Assembly (NCBI GenBank): GCA_951406725.2
Contig: OX597816.1
Span: 26,040,001 to 26,104,000 of the forward strand
Length of the DNA stretch: 64,000 bases
Reading direction: 5' to 3'
Source of the DNA: Octopus vulgaris
Lineage: Eukaryota
Shown here one piece after another: positions 1 through 12,383 of the stretch. A model generated the notes under the pieces. The model did no database searches. It saw nothing but the letters and a program-made list of their open reading frames with translations, and was not told the DNA's origin. The position numbers were made by a program, and so were the translations under genes. Numbering within the stretch: position 1 is the first letter of the stretch; each line of letters starts with the position of its first letter.

Positions 1-38
1 ACGTGTGTGCGCACGCGTTCGTCGTTCTTTAACAAGTT

Positions 39-220
39 GATGATGGTGATGATGATGGTGGTGATGATGGTGGTGATGGTGGTGGTGGTGATGGTGATGG
101 TGGTGATGGTGATGGTGGTGATGGTGGTGATGATGGTGATGGTGGTGATGGTGGTGATGGTGGTGATGATGAAAGTGGTGATGATGATGATGGTGATGGT
201 GATGGTGATGGTGATGATGA

Positions 221-255
<35 letters not shown>

Positions 256-290
256 TGGTGATGATGATGATGGTGATGTTGATGATGATG
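39..290. repeat. (GAT/GGT)n trinucleotide microsatellite
   Basis: Direct reading; explains the M/V-rich ORF 7..261. Confidence 0.95.
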
Positions 291-1009
291 AGGAGGAGGA
301 GAGGGAAGGGAGGGGGAGGGGGAGGAGGAGGCAGACGTTTATATCCAGACTCTGACCGAGGAGAACTATAGTCATCGTTGTTGCAATGTGTTTATCTCAT
401 CTAATTTTTTTGACATAGTGTAACTAAGAATATATTGTTCAATATGTCCTTCATAAATTTTTAAACAGCGTTCGATCACAGGAGTTATTTAGATGCTATT
501 TCTCACAGCTCAGTCAGCAACATCTTTTATGTGATCGCTCGATATGCTAGAAATAGCAGCTTATTCTCTTTCAAATCACGACGTGTCGTCTTACAAAATG
601 TCCGTAGTCAACAAACAAGATGCTTATTGTTTCCTTGTAACTAGCGATAGTCATACGCCTGCTTATTCGCGACAACCTGTGGTTAAACAACAACAACAAC
701 AAAAATCCCATGCCCGACATTTAGAGAGTTAAAAAAAACTGATAACGATGACGAAGATGGTGGCGATGATACTAGAAAATGTGAATGTTTTCGGTGCGAT
801 TGGTGGCTTAGCTCGTGGTGCGTTTGGGTGGGGACAAATTAAGAATTTAGTGTTGGTGTAGGATTGGCAGGTGTAACAAACGTGTCAGTGTGTAAAAGGA
901 GCGAGGCTGTTGATTGGCTGTTATCAGGTCGACATTATTATAATGAGAGAGAAATGAGTTGAGATAAAGAGCAAGCAAGGTATACCGTGCGAGAGAGTAA
1001 CAGAATGGA

Positions 1010-1401
1010 TATACATGCATACATACATACATGCATACATACATACATACATACATACATACATACATACATACATACATACATAATGCATGCATACATA
1101 CATGCATGCATACATACATACATGCATATATACATACATACATAATGCAATCATACATACATACATGCATGCATGCATACATACATACATACATACATAC
1201 ATACATACATACATACATACGTACGTACATACATACATACATACATACATACATACATACATACATACATACATACATACATACATGCATACATACATAC
1301 ACACATGCATACATACACACATGCATACATACATACATACATACATACATGCGTGCATGCATACATATATTCATACATACATAGACATACACATACACGC
1401 G

Positions 1402-1433
<32 letters not shown>

Positions 1434-1605
1434 ATATGTATGTGTGTTTTTGTGTGTGAATGTGTATGTATATATATACACATATGTATATATGTATAGA
1501 CATATATGCATAAGTATGTATGTGTATATATGCATATGCGCATAAGAATGTATGTATGTATGTATGTATGTATGTATGTATGTATGTATGTATGTATATA
1601 TACAT
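1010..1605. repeat. (TACA)n / (TATG)n compound microsatellite
   Basis: TACA tract ~1010-1380, complementary TATG tract ~1548-1598; source of the YIHT/MYVC ORFs. Confidence 0.95.
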
Positions 1606-2200
1606 ATTCTGACAGAATAATGCAGACAGGCACAGAGTGAGATAAAACGAAAGAGAGAGAATGAAACAAACCCACTGACAGATAGTGAAATATATTAATA
1701 TATTATGAGATCAGGAGAGAGCGAAAGGAAGAGAGAGAGAATGAGAGAAACAAATTGACAGTTAGAGAGACAAATACACGCTGAAGTGGCGGAGGTAACC
1801 GTATTTAAGGAGTCAATAAAATTTGTTTATTTATTCATTTAATATTACAACCTTAAAGAAGCGAAAATAGTCATTAGTGTTAATGATAATTCTTGAGAAA
1901 TGCAAGGGAGATAAATTCGAAATTGCAACTGATTAAAAGTCGAATGTATATACGGGGTGACTCTGTGGTTGTGTTGATGCGTGTATGAGAGAGATTGAGA
2001 GATAGGGATAGTGAGGGAGAGGTAGAAAAAGAGAGAGCTGGCGAGACAGAGAGCGACAGACAGACAGACAGAGAGCCAATTAATGGTCTTTTCTATAATC
2101 ACTCGACCTAGGAGAAATAACCAAATTTCCCTGATGCGAAACCCTACTGCCTTAAGATAAAAGGTTTTTGAGCATAACTCCGTTGATCGTCGTGTTTTGA

Positions 2201-2436
2201 ATACCTATTTCTTTACTACCCACAAGGGGCTAAACACAAAGAGGACAAACAAGGACAGACATACGGATTAAGTCGATTATATAACGAGAGAGAATAACTG
2301 GTACTTATTTAATCGACCCCGAAAGGATGAAAGGCAAAGTCGACCTCAGCGGAATTTGAACTTAGAGCGTAACGGCAGACGAAATACCGTAAGCATTTCG
2401 TCCAGCGTGCTAACGTTTCTGCCAGCTCACCGTCTT
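2201..2436 (-). mobile_element. SINE type A (tRNA-like head + Meta-domain-like core), monomer
   Basis: Reverse complement of GGCGGCGAGCTGGCAGAAACGTTAGC...GTTCAAATTCCG...GTCGACTTTGCCTTTCATCCTTTCGGGGTCGAT...GTAAAGAAATA; Pol III A- and B-box-like motifs. Confidence 0.85.
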
Positions 2437-2437
2437 T

Positions 2438-2503
<66 letters not shown>

Positions 2504-2508
2504 CAGAC

Positions 2509-2585
<77 letters not shown>
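2438..2585. repeat. (GATA)n microsatellite
   Basis: Direct reading. Confidence 0.97.
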
Positions 2586-2586
2586 T

Positions 2587-2760
2587 GTTTCTTTATTAGC
2601 CACATAGGGCTGCACACAGACAGGACAAAATTACAAGGTAGAGCTTTTCGTTTGGGGGTAAAAGAAGGGTGTTTGGTTTTCGATCAAAAGGGATCGTAAA
2701 TGGAAAGAAAGAGGACAAAAAAATGGGGGATAAAATAAAATTAAAAAAGAAAAAGAAAAA
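2587..2760 (-). mobile_element. 3'-UTR-only copy of the Tx1/L1-like LINE
   Basis: Matches ~12384-12570 (GTTTCTTTATTAGCCACA...CAAATTACAAGGTAGAGCTTTTC...GATCAAAAGGGATCGTAAA); GATA repeats on both sides. Confidence 0.85.
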
Positions 2761-3544
2761 GATAGATAGATGGAAAGATAAGTGAAGTGAAAGAGAGAAG
2801 GAGAGAGAAAGAGAGATGGAGAAAGAAAAAGAGAGGGAGAGAGAGATAAGGAACAGAACATACTCATAATAACAGAAACATGGCGAGCTAGACAAACACA
2901 AGAGAGTAAGATATATTTAGGAAGTCAGAATTAAATATAAATAAAAAGAGGAAGAAAACGAGAGAGAGAGAGAGAGGGGGAAGCTGGAAAAAATGGAAGA
3001 AAGAAAGAAAGAAAGAGAGAGAGACAGACAGACAGACAAAGAATATTAGGCAGTGATAAATAGTAAGCTCTAAACAGAGTAGGTTTGATTGGAGAAAGAA
3101 AGGGACAGCGTGTGACATTGATAAAGAGAGACATGTAAGGTAGAGTGAGGGAGAGAAAGGGAGAGACAAGAGGAGGAAAAACCGAACAAACAGCTGGATT
3201 AAGGTTTAGTAGCTAGGTCAAATATATAAATATATATAGGCTAATTATAATTAACCCCACTGTGATATGCAATGTTTGAAACAGGTCAAGCAATTAAAAT
3301 AATTAGTTCATAGGAATTTTGGCATTTAATTAATATCACCATCATGACGTCTCTATCGGAACAGGATGGGCGCTTGCGGATCAAATCTTAACAAATGAGT
3401 TGATTCATTGCGTTGAGTCTTTGCAGGATTTTAGTGGGTCACAGTTAAATACTGTAGGCTTTTGTCTGCAATGTTTATAATTTCAGCCAACTCACTTCAC
3501 CCACTTTAATTTACATAATCATGTTTTAGAGAAAACGTAGTTAG

Positions 3545-4204
<660 letters not shown>

Positions 4205-4213
4205 TATATATAT

Positions 4214-4421
4214 AGCATGCCGGGCGAAATGTTTACCAGTATTTCGTCTGCCGCTACGTTCTGTGTTCAAATTCCGCCGAGGTCGACTTTGCCTTTCGTC
4301 CTTTCGGGGTCGATAAATTAAGTACCAGTTACGCACTGGGGTCGATGTAATCGACTTAATCCCTTTGTCTGTCCTTGTTTGTCCCCTCTATGTTTAGCCC
4401 CTTGTGGGCAATAACGAAATA
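4214..4421 (+). mobile_element. SINE type A, 5'-truncated monomer
   Basis: Same consensus as the other type A copies. Confidence 0.85.
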
Positions 4422-4938
4422 AGAAAGCTTCCTTGACATGTTTTCTTCTGCATTGTTAAGCATAGTTCCTACTTCTCAGTAGTTGTCGTTTTTGTTGCTA
4501 CAGTCGAGATATTGCGCATGTGTGTGAAGATGAAGTACTTCCTCTTCCGTAACTTCCTCGCACGTGAAGCTGCATGGTGGACTTGGCATAACCATTGTTT
4601 TTTGCTCAAATTATTCCGCCAATTTTCCACGATTAATAAATAACAAAGTTAATTATTACGATAATTTCTAAAATAGCCACATTGGAGTGGAGTAGAGTAC
4701 TAATGTCACATGTTCGAGTGGTATTTTATTTCAAGACCTCAGAAAGGTAAATTCGACCCCAACAGGATTTGAAACCGGATCATGAAGAGTGAAAACAAAC
4801 ACCACAACGTCTTTTACTTCACACGCCAACATTTCTCCAACGATAAGGATTATTGATATGTTATTGATACATTATTGATATGTTATTGTTTGATCACCGC
4901 TCTTCAACGAGCATCTCGTGGATTATTATCTGTTAGGC

Positions 4939-5679
4939 TGTGAAGGCGCGTGGCTTAGTTGGTTACGATATTCGGCTGACGGCCGTAAGGTCATCAGTTC
5001 GATTCCTGGATGCACGTTGTGTCCTTGAGCAAGACTCTTTATTTCACGTTGCTTCACTCCACTCAACTGGCAGAAATGTTTTGTACTTGTAATTCAAAGG
5101 TCCAACCTTGTCACATTCTTATTTCTTTACTGCCCACAAGGAGCTAAACATAGAGGGGACAAGCAAAGATAGACAAAGAAATTAACACCCCAGTGCGTAA
5201 CTGGTACTTATTTTATTGACCCCGAAAGGATGAAAGGCTAAGTCGACCTCGGCGGAATTTGAACTCAGAACGTAGCGGCAGACGAAATACCCATTTCTTT
5301 ACTACCCACAAGGGGCTAAACACAGAGAGGACAAACAAGGACAGACAAACGGATTAAGTCGATTATATCGACCCCAGTGCGTAACTGGTACTTATTTAAT
5401 CGACCCCGAAAGGATGAAAGGGAAAGTCAACCTCGGCAGAATTCGAACTCAGAACGTAGCGGCAGACGAAATACCGCTGAGCATTTCGCCCGGCGTGCTA
5501 ACGTTTCTGCCAACTCTCCAGCCTTGTCACATTCTGTGTGACGTTGAATCTCCCTAAGAACTATATTAAGGGTACACATGTCTGAGGAGCGCTCAGCCAC
5601 TTGTACGTTAATTTCACGAGCAGGCTGTGCCGTCGGTCGAATCAGCTGGAAGAATCGTCGTCGTAACCGACGGAGTGCC
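4939..5679 (+). mobile_element. SINE type D (tRNA head + CORE-like GTGTCCTTGAGCAAGAC segment), interrupted by a type A dimer
   Basis: Collinear with the intact copy at 19589-19908; the inserted dimer is bounded by TSD CCTTGTCACATTCT (5106-5119 / 5522-5535). Confidence 0.85.
5120..5517 (-). mobile_element. SINE type A dimer
   Basis: Two ~185-bp units inside one TSD. Confidence 0.88.
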
Positions 5680-5946
5680 AGTTGTCAATTAGGCAGATAT
5701 CAGCACGCATCAGCAACTAATTTGCTGGCTGATTTTGGCAAGAATGTCACAACTAAAGCACCATCAGCTGTTTGTTCTCACAGAAGGAAGGGGTGAGAGG
5801 ATGAAAAAGGGGGCGGACAAAGTGTCATGTTTAATAAAATGAAGAAAGTTTTTCACTTTTAAATTTGATGAAAAAAAAAAGGAAAGGAATGTCGCAAACA
5901 GTTTTGCATTCTCGTTAGTAATGAGTATGGGTGGGGTAGAAACATT

Positions 5947-6429
<483 letters not shown>

Positions 6430-6609
6430 ACTTTTTGGTAACTTTTGGGAGACGCTTGGTTTTTGTGACATCGGAATTCACTGTTTTAGACAAATAGTAT
6501 ATTCGATCAAATGTTACTCGGGACTCAATATTGACAATGATGACAACGATGAGGGCTGTAATAAAAATGTTAATAACATGCATGATGATGACAGCTATCA
6601 TAACAATGA

Positions 6610-6745
6610 GGACTTGCGGTCGTAAGAACGCGATTTCGCTACCCAGACCGGGGATAGTGAGTGTTTATTGAGCAAAAACACGAGGCTCCGCGGGGAGTGG
6701 TGGATTACTCTTTCACCACAACTTTCTCTCACTCTTTCTTCTTAC
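6610..6745 (+). mobile_element. SINE type C fragment
   Basis: GGACTTGCGGTCGTAAGAACGCG...GTGTTTATTGAGC...ACAACTTTCTCTCACTC. Confidence 0.7.
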
Positions 6746-7029
6746 TTCTGACACAAAGCAGAGGAACCATGGTGTAACCCACTATGGTGTGGTAAACTTT
6801 CAGACCCTAGTCTAAATTGCGAATCCTCTGTTCCCCAGGATGGTTCAGCTCTCCATCCGTTAAAAGCCACCGTTTATGGAATAAGGATAACAACGTAGCT
6901 TTCGCGCCCGTGCAACCGCCAGTCTATCGCGTGTGGTGGGTGAATCTTCAAGTTGCCACACGCATTCTTAGTAGCTTAGAGTAGGCTCGAATTAGAGATT
7001 ATTCTTTGTGGCTAATGGCATGAGTTCTG

Positions 7030-7066
<37 letters not shown>

Positions 7067-7435
7067 GAAGAAGAAGAAGAAGAAGAAGAAGAAGAAGAAG
7101 AAGAAGAAGAAGAAGAAGAAGGAGGAGGAGAAGAAGAAGAAGGAGGAGGAGGAGGAGAAGAAGAAGAAGAAGCAACAGCAGTGGAGGCGCAATGGCTAGG
7201 TGTTAGGGCATCGGACACGTGGTCGTAAGAACGCGGCTTCGATTCCCAGACCGGGCATTGTGAGTGTTTATTGAGAAAAAAGCACCTAAGCTCCGCTGGA
7301 GGGGTTAAACCCGCTCTACCCTTTCGCCACAAGAAGAAGAAGAAGAAGAAGAAGAAGAAGAAGAAGAAGAAGAAGAAGAAGAAGAAGAAGAAGAAGAAGA
7401 AGAAGAAGAAGAAGAAGAAGAAGAAGAAGAAGAAG
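7030..7435. repeat. (TTA)n, (GAA)n and (GGA)n tracts with an embedded SINE C head (7180-7330)
   Basis: Direct reading; GTGGAGGCGCAATGGCTAGGTGTTAGGGC head at 7180. Confidence 0.9.
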
Positions 7436-7952
7436 CAATAACGGCACCGAATCCGACGGCAACAAGACAAAAGCAACAACGACAATAATTACGACGGTGA
7501 CAATTAAAACAATAACAACGTCGACAAAGACTGTGAGGATAGAGGCAACGACAAAAGCAATGGAGACAACGATGTGAACGACAACAAAAGTGTCAGTAGC
7601 AATCATTATGAAGATGATGACAAGGGCAACGATGCCGATAACGAGAACAACAACAACAACAATAATGCGGTCAGTGATGACGGTGACGGCGAAAACGATG
7701 ACGACATCGAAAATGGCGACGACTACGACGAGGATGCCAGCATCAACAAACATCACCAGCAATAACGTCGTAGACGAAGATGAAGACCACGGCTATAAAA
7801 ACATCAACAGTAAGTAGCTTGGCTGCGAACCACATGGTTCCGGGTTCCAGTTCCACTGCGTGGCACCTTAGGCAAGTGTCTTCTACTCCAGCCTCGGGCC
7901 GACCAAAGCCTTGTGAGTGGATTTGGCAGACGGAAACTGAACGAAGGTCATC

Positions 7953-8009
<57 letters not shown>

Positions 8010-8165
8010 GCAAGATTTTTTATGCGAAGTCGTGTGTTGAAACATATATTGTTATATTTCGGAATGGTCATATTGCCAGTTTAGCCAATAAAAACACACG
8101 CACTATATATTTGGTGTTATTTTGCTTCAGTGTTATTTATTTTTTACATTAATCTTAATCTTATT

Positions 8166-8213
8166 TCGGACAGAGTTCTTTCGTCACACTCCTGTGACCG
8201 CATCAGTGGTCCT
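8166..8213 (-). ncRNA. Degenerate minimal hammerhead-like motif
   Basis: Minus strand: GGACCA-CTGATGCG-GTCACA(GGAG)TGTGAC-GAA-AGAACT-C|TGTCC; perfect 6-bp helix II, A9 altered. Confidence 0.5.
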
Positions 8214-8555
8214 TTGTTTTCTTCTTTCTTATATGTGTCTCTCCTTACTAACCGCCAACCGTTTTATATGTCTATTGTATGTCTTCATTTGCGCATGCTT
8301 ATATCTCTATGTGCGTCTATGTTTATTTAGTGTGTGTTGGGGGGGATGCCTGTAATATTTGTATCTTCTGTTTATATACGTTCATGCAATTTGTTTTTGT
8401 TGTTGCTGTTTTTGTTTATTCTTATTTTGTTCATGTGTTTACATCCACATTATCATTACATATGCTTGTATGTATGTATGTATGTATGTATGTATAACAA
8501 CAATACTCGTAATAATAATAATAAAGTTCTTTTAAATTTAAAAAAAAACTTATAC

Positions 8556-8638
8556 AGCACGATGGCCGAGGGGTTAAGGCGTTGGAATTAAGTTCCAATG
8601 GACAAATGTCCGCGTGGGTTCGAACCCCACTCGTGCTA
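8556..8638 (+). tRNA. tRNA-Leu (anticodon TAA), gene or recent pseudogene
   Basis: AGCACGA/TCGTGCT acceptor stem, TGGCCGAGGGGTTAAGG A box, anticodon arm TTGGA-ATTAAGT-TCCAA, variable arm GGACA-AA-TGTCC, GGTTCGAACCC B box, discriminator A; 83 nt. A32 and one D-loop G are non-canonical. Confidence 0.88.
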
Positions 8639-8779
8639 GTTTCATTTCTTTATTTTTAAATGGCGGTGCCCCAGCATGGCCACAGCTCATTAGCTGAAAC
8701 TGGAAAAATCAAAATCAAAAAATCATAATTATTTATTTCTATTTGTTTATTTATCTGTGTATGTTACATATACTGTCTT

Positions 8780-9000
8780 GTTTTGTTCTTACTATCCTGT
8801 TCTTGTTACCATTTTCTCGTTACCTTCGAAAAGCGGAGTAGATGAAACAGGGACAACTGAAGAAGGGGAATATGCCTTGAGTTTTATGTCTTGTTTCTCT
8901 GTTTTTTCGTTGTTTGAAAAAAAGTTCGTTTCTATGGTTTTCTTTTTGTTTTTCATTGTGTTCAACGTTTTTTATGTCCTGTAACCCATATATGCATGTA
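8780..9000 (+). mobile_element. Repeat with a half-hammerhead (Penelope-terminus-like); related copies at ~18060-18350 and ~47400-47510
   Basis: GAAACAGGGACAA-CTGAAGA-AGGG..CCTT..TGTCTTGTTTC; near-identical motif at 18195-18250. Confidence 0.6.
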
Positions 9001-9343
9001 TATATACATATATATGTAGGTATGTACATTTGTACATGTATATATGAATATATTTATATATTATTTATATTATTATATATATGTATGTGTGTGTGTGTTC
9101 GTGTGTCTCTGCTTGACAACCGATGCTGGTGTGTTTACGTTCCCGTAACTTAGCGGTTCGGCAAAAGAGACCGATAGAATAAGTACTAGGCTTCCAAAGG
9201 ATAAGTCGTGGGGTCGATTTGCTCGACTAAAGGCGGTGCTCCAGCATGGCCGCAGTCAAATGACTGAAACAAGTAAAAGAGAGTAAAGAGCAATAACGAC
9301 ATAGACGACGGCGACGATGAAGACGATGTCCACGATGACGACC

Positions 9344-10022
9344 ACGGCAGACGAAATACCTATTTCTTTACTACCCACAAGGGGCTAAACACAAAGCGGA
9401 CAAACAAGGACAGACAAACGGATTAAGTCGATTATATCGACCCCAGTGCGTAACTGGTACTTAATTTATCGACCTGGATAGGATGAATGGCAAAGTCGAT
9501 CTCGGCGGAATTTTAACTCAAAACGTAACGGCAGACGAAATACCTATTTCCTTACTACCCACAAGGGGCTTAACACAGAGAGGGCAAACAAGGACAGACA
9601 AATGGATTAAGTCGATTATATCCACCCCAGTGCGTAACTGGTACTTAATTTATCCACCCGGAAAGGATGAATGGCAAAGTCGACCACGACGGCGGAATTT
9701 GAACTCAGAACGTAACGACAGACGAAATTTCTTTACTACCCTGAAGGGGCTAAACACAGAGAGGACAAACAAGGATAGACAAACGGATTAAGTCTATTAT
9801 ATCGGCCTCAGTGCGTAACTGGTACTTAATTTATCGACTCCGAAAGGATGAAAGGCAAAGTCGACCTCAGCGGAATTTGAACTCAGAACGTAGCGGCAAA
9901 CGAAATACCGCTATGCATTTCGCCCGGTGTGCTAACGTTTCTTATTTCTTTACTGTCCACAAGGGGCTAGACACAGAGGGGACAAACAAGGACAGACAAC
10001 GTTTCTACCAGCTCGTCGCCTT
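9344..10022 (-). mobile_element. SINE type A multimer (3 units plus partial units)
   Basis: Junctions GACGAAATACCTATTTC at ~9350 and ~9535, deleted form at ~9721. Confidence 0.88.
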
Positions 10023-10458
10023 TCTAGTGGCGTCCGGAAACCGTATTTTTTTCCTGTAACCAGCGGCAATGTGACTCCATATGACTGGCTTCTTCTCACA
10101 GTGCGTGACTGCCTGAAACCCGATACGTCGAATAGCACCTCACCCTTGGCCGTCTAAAAGCCTTGATTTCCTCTTAGGGTCTACGTCCTAGCCTTTGTTG
10201 TTGCGGATTCACACACTACGCAGGCAACAAGGCTGATATAGAGAGACGTATCAGAGCGTATTACTAGGGCAGATTAGATCATAGCGTCTCTGGGGTCTGT
10301 TGCCTCTCCGATATACCCTGCTAAGTTACCCTAAGGTAGCAAAGCACTCAGTTACCCTTTGTAAGTGAAGGGATGCTTTGCAGGATTCTGGGTGAGGGAA
10401 AAGATGTGCGCTGCTAAGAGGGAAGACTCACACGCTAGGCTGTGTAAACACATACACG

Positions 10459-10512
<54 letters not shown>

Positions 10513-10759
10513 AGAGAGACCGTGTGTGTGTGCTTGCGCGCGCGCGTGAGTGTGTGCGTATACCAACCCACATACGTATGTATGTATATATATATATGCA
10601 AACATGTATATATATATATGCAAACATGTATATACATCTATATACATACATACGCACACATATATATATACATATATTTATACATTTACATATATAATCA
10701 TACACACTAATATACATGCATACATATATACACTCGCAGATATTTATATATATATATCA

Positions 10760-10800
<41 letters not shown>

Positions 10801-10850
10801 ATATACATGAAGCACGCATATACATATATGCAGATATATATATACATATA

Positions 10851-10889
<39 letters not shown>

Positions 10890-10927
10890 CATATATGTAT
10901 ATATATATATATATGTGTATGTATATA

Positions 10928-10967
<40 letters not shown>

Positions 10968-12119
10968 GTATATAGTGGGTGGGTATATATACCAGGCGAG
11001 AGCAAAATTCGGTCAAATACTTAGAGTTGGGTAAGGTAGATTTATGTGAAGACGATAACGATGATTGAATTTCTAATTTTCTCTTCAGACAACACCCACC
11101 CACCCTTCAGCACCCACCTAGACAGACACAAACTAAATCACACGCACACAGACACACACACACATACAGACACACACACACACACACTGGCACATTTGTA
11201 AATATGTTTAACACACATATTTATGCACTCACGTGTGGGTTTGTGACTACGGGTGTTTGCATTATGTTTGTGCGTGTGTATATATGTGTATGTATGAAGG
11301 TGTTTTTATTTGTGCGTATGCGTGTGTGTGTTCGTGTGTGTCTGTGTGTTTTTGTGTGTACGCGTGTGCGTGTGTACGTGTGTGCACAGCAGCTGAACTC
11401 GTTGAGTAACCGCAATCTACCTCCAACCAGGGGCGGGGTCTTGTTTTCCTTGGCGCTCTGTCAAAAGAAATGCGAAAGCTTTAAACAAATCTAAATAATA
11501 GATGTAAGTATTCACGATTCCTGCTTGTCAATGTTTGCTGGTGTTGCTGATTCTGATGCTGCCGCTGTTTCGTGATGTTGTTGCTGCTGCTGCTGCTGCT
11601 GTTGTTCCTGCTGCTGTACTACGCAACTGTTGATGCTTATAACTTTATTCATCATCTACGGCCATTGTATGCGTGTACATGTATGTATATGTGTGTGTGT
11701 TCTATTTCGTCGTTTTGTATTATCAATGTTAAACATGCCAGTAATGAAAGGTTTATTTGACTAGTTCATCGTGCGTTGGAAATCACCCTATTTATTATGT
11801 TACTCTATGAAGATTACATCACGGCGGCCATTGTTTGCACGTACCAATCAATCTGTGTATATATCGATCTACTTAATTATATTTCTGCACACATATACAC
11901 ACATATATATACACACACACACGCGCGCATACACATATATTGCTGTTAGTTTTTCTCTCGAGATGCTATAAACACAATTTTACATTAAACTGAAGTATTA
12001 CACAATAGTCTTTGCAGAGTATATATTTATTATTCATTTACTGGAAGAGTGTTGACAGTGACTTCGAAATTACGACCTGCTGACCATCAAAGTCACGGTC
12101 AATATTATTCATGTAACAG

Positions 12120-12160
<41 letters not shown>

Positions 12161-12247
12161 CCTACATACACACACACATTTATGTATATACATATAGGTA
12201 TGTATATACATGTAGGTAGATAGACAGACAGACAGATAGATTGATAG

Positions 12248-12344
<97 letters not shown>

Positions 12345-12383
12345 CAGACAAACAGACAAAAAGACAGACAGATAGATAGATAT

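Larger units (their letters stand above)
7810..9290 (+). mobile_element. SINE type B split by ~1.1 kb of nested inserts in its internal TA tract
   Basis: Head at 7810-7953, tail at ~9095-9290. Confidence 0.8.

Noticed and set aside
847-1675. Long ORFs rich in YIHT/MYVC (also 28150-28844, 57869-59115, 60728-61248)
   Set aside because: Translations of TACA/TATG/CA/TA microsatellites; open in several frames on both strands.
9344-10022. Regularly spaced repeats resembling a CRISPR array or satellite
   Set aside because: Units are ~185-bp SINE bodies with no unique spacers; eukaryotic context with no cas genes.
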